A stretch of DNA of 64,000 bases from Podarcis vaucheri. Taxonomy: Eukaryota. The notes under the pieces are model-generated. The model made no database searches, was not told the origin of the DNA, and saw nothing but the letters and a program-made list of their open reading frames with translations. Shown here in pieces: positions 1 to 64,000 of the stretch. The DNA lies in NCBI GenBank assembly GCA_965113315.1, contig OZ220366.1; one strand, 5' to 3'. Numbering within the stretch: position 1 is the stretch's first letter; each line of letters begins with the position of its first letter. Made by a program: the position numbers and the translations under genes.

Positions 1-140
1 AATTACTAGTATTATCCCTTATATTACAGATGGGGGTGGGACTGAGTTTGAGAGGGTGTATGGTTTGCCTCTTAACTACCTAGTGAGTTCCTGGCAAGAG
101 GCTAAATTTGAGCAGAGGGCTTCCTGATTCACAACTCTGA
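1..140 (-). mobile_element. degenerate MIR/CORE-type SINE fragment
   Basis: attatccc...attacagatg...actgag, resembling the CORE-SINE antisense core. Confidence 0.4.
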
Positions 141-322
141 TTTGCAGTGGTTCTATAAACGCACACCCACCTACATAAATATAAAATCCAATTCATGAAT
201 GTCAAGAGGGGACAATCAGAATCTCCTACCATGCGTAGATTTGGATTATGTGCATAAAACATAATGCAATAGGATTGTTGCTTTACCTTGGGAATCAATT
301 TGCAGCCATGAGAGAACATTTT

Positions 323-325
<3 letters not shown>

Positions 326-364
<39 letters not shown>
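326..364. repeat. (TG)n microsatellite
   Basis: about 19 TG units read directly. Confidence 0.97.
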
Positions 365-368
<4 letters not shown>

Positions 369-567
369 ATCTATATCTAGAATAAAGCTTGGTGCAAATG
401 GCTACTTCAACTTCCTTGTTGATGGTTCTGGGAATTGCATATTTCTTTTGAGCACCTAAGAGCTCATTTCATAGATGGTACATTCTCCCCAAATGTTTTC
501 AGTGCATGCAACCAGGAAAATTATTCCAGGACTTGTTGCCGGGCTACAAAATGTTGCATAAGAATAA

Positions 568-62671
<62,104 letters not shown>

Positions 62672-63740
62672 CAAAAGTCTTGTGCCCCCCTTTTCATTCA
62701 AGCTGGGATTGCTTCCATGCTGGACTGAGGTGGTTCAATGCCTTCTCAGCCTTAGAAAGACTTGGTCAAGTTGTAGTCAGTCTTGTTACCTTTACAACAT
62801 TTTCCAAGAGGAGCTGGGCAGTGTTTTCAACGTGTAGCAATACTGCAAGGACAAAGGTAGCATAGAATCCTTTGTTTTGAGCTGCACAAACAAAATGCAT
62901 TTCACTGGACAACCGCAGTTCACTACTGAAGAAGTGACTTCCATACATACCAAAGACTACTACACTGAACAAGACTTCCTTTCTAGAAATTTATTTTTAG
63001 GTTGGCAAAAGTGCAATCTTTCCTTCACTTGAGGATGGTTTTGTTTTTTAATCTTGTACATTTTTTTTCCTTTTGACCAAGTTTAAAAAATGGGCAGAAT
63101 GAAGCTAGCGACAGGACACTGCGAGACTGTCTTTTTGAAAGCTGAGAGCCTGTGTGTATGAAAGAGGTTGTAAAGGACTACAGTTTTAAATGTACACTGT
63201 AACTTAGATATGATTACTGTATCTTTTGGGGGAAAACCAAGCTGCTATGAAGTACATTTCCTGATGTTGCTAGGCTACTGTCTTGGAAGGTACTAGATCC
63301 TGTTGTAAAAGGTCTGTTATTAAGGCCAAAGTACCTATGAATGGACAAGGAAGATTTTTTTAAAAAAAGATTTTGGCTGCTTTTTACTAGAGGGTTGCTT
63401 TTATGAATATATTTATATTACATAAGGATGGTTGGTCTGGTATACCTTGCTATTTTGTAGGAAAACATCACATTGCTGATTTTAATTCTTTTGACCTGCC
63501 CCGCATGGATATTTTAATTTAACATACATTGTTTTAACAGTTAAGAAATGGAAAGTGAATTTTGAGTTGTACTTAAGAATATTTTTTTTGGTAATATGTA
63601 AGTTTTTCTTGCACTTAACTGCTGTAATGTGTTAAATGGGTGCATGCAAATCTTTTTGCACATTTAAGACACTTTTATTGCAGCATAGTCTCACTTATTC
63701 ACTCTGTAAATACACTTAAAGGTTTTTGTGAAGTACCTTT
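62672..63740 (+). other. FRY: FRY 3' UTR (3' end approximate)
   Basis: AU-rich sequence after the stop with no recognisable repeats; variant poly(A) signal AATACA at 63709-63714 followed by a GU/U-rich tract. Confidence 0.6.
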
Positions 63741-64000
63741 TGGTTGATATTTTGATCAGAATAGGATCACCTAACTAAAATATCAAGGTCATTATAATAT
63801 ATATACATATGCATATATACAAACATGCCTCTGTGTGTACTGATTAATATGGAATGAGAGTATGATACGGTACAAAGGCTATTGCTTTCAATTGGTTTTG
63901 AACTAACATGCAGCCTTCACAACACTCAAATAGCTGCTTTCTAAATAACCATAAGGGAGACAAATGTAATCTCTCATTTGACCAGAAGCAGCTTTGAAAA

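Overview
Eukaryotic (vertebrate) genomic DNA, most likely a lacertid lizard, judged from Sauria-SINE, squamate CR1/L2, Penelope-type and MITE repeats. The whole window is the 3' two-thirds of FRY (protein furry homolog) on the + strand. I could chain 35 constitutive coding exons from 629 to the TGA at 62669-62671 with consistent splice phases (5726 nt, about 1900 C-terminal residues, ending ...DSSVSGTSL*), followed by a 3' UTR. One intron uses a GC donor. The main unexplained structure is in the long phase-0 introns of the C-terminal part, which hold a set of frame-preserving micro/mini-exon candidates: 9 nt ELQ, 42 nt FAIISVDRNAVQRM, 21 nt TGSNGHV, 12 nt GQGK, 18 nt QMESLA, and a 36-nt alternative donor. 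Several have UGC-containing acceptors, AG-exclusion zones and nearby RBFOX/QKI motifs. There are also candidate poison exons and a splice site created by nested SINEs. The introns carry many TEs, including a near-perfect 142-nt Penelope-derived palindrome. No prokaryotic features are present, and most of the supplied ORFs are spurious or exon read-throughs. Repeat family names and comparisons with human FRY are from memory, not from a search.
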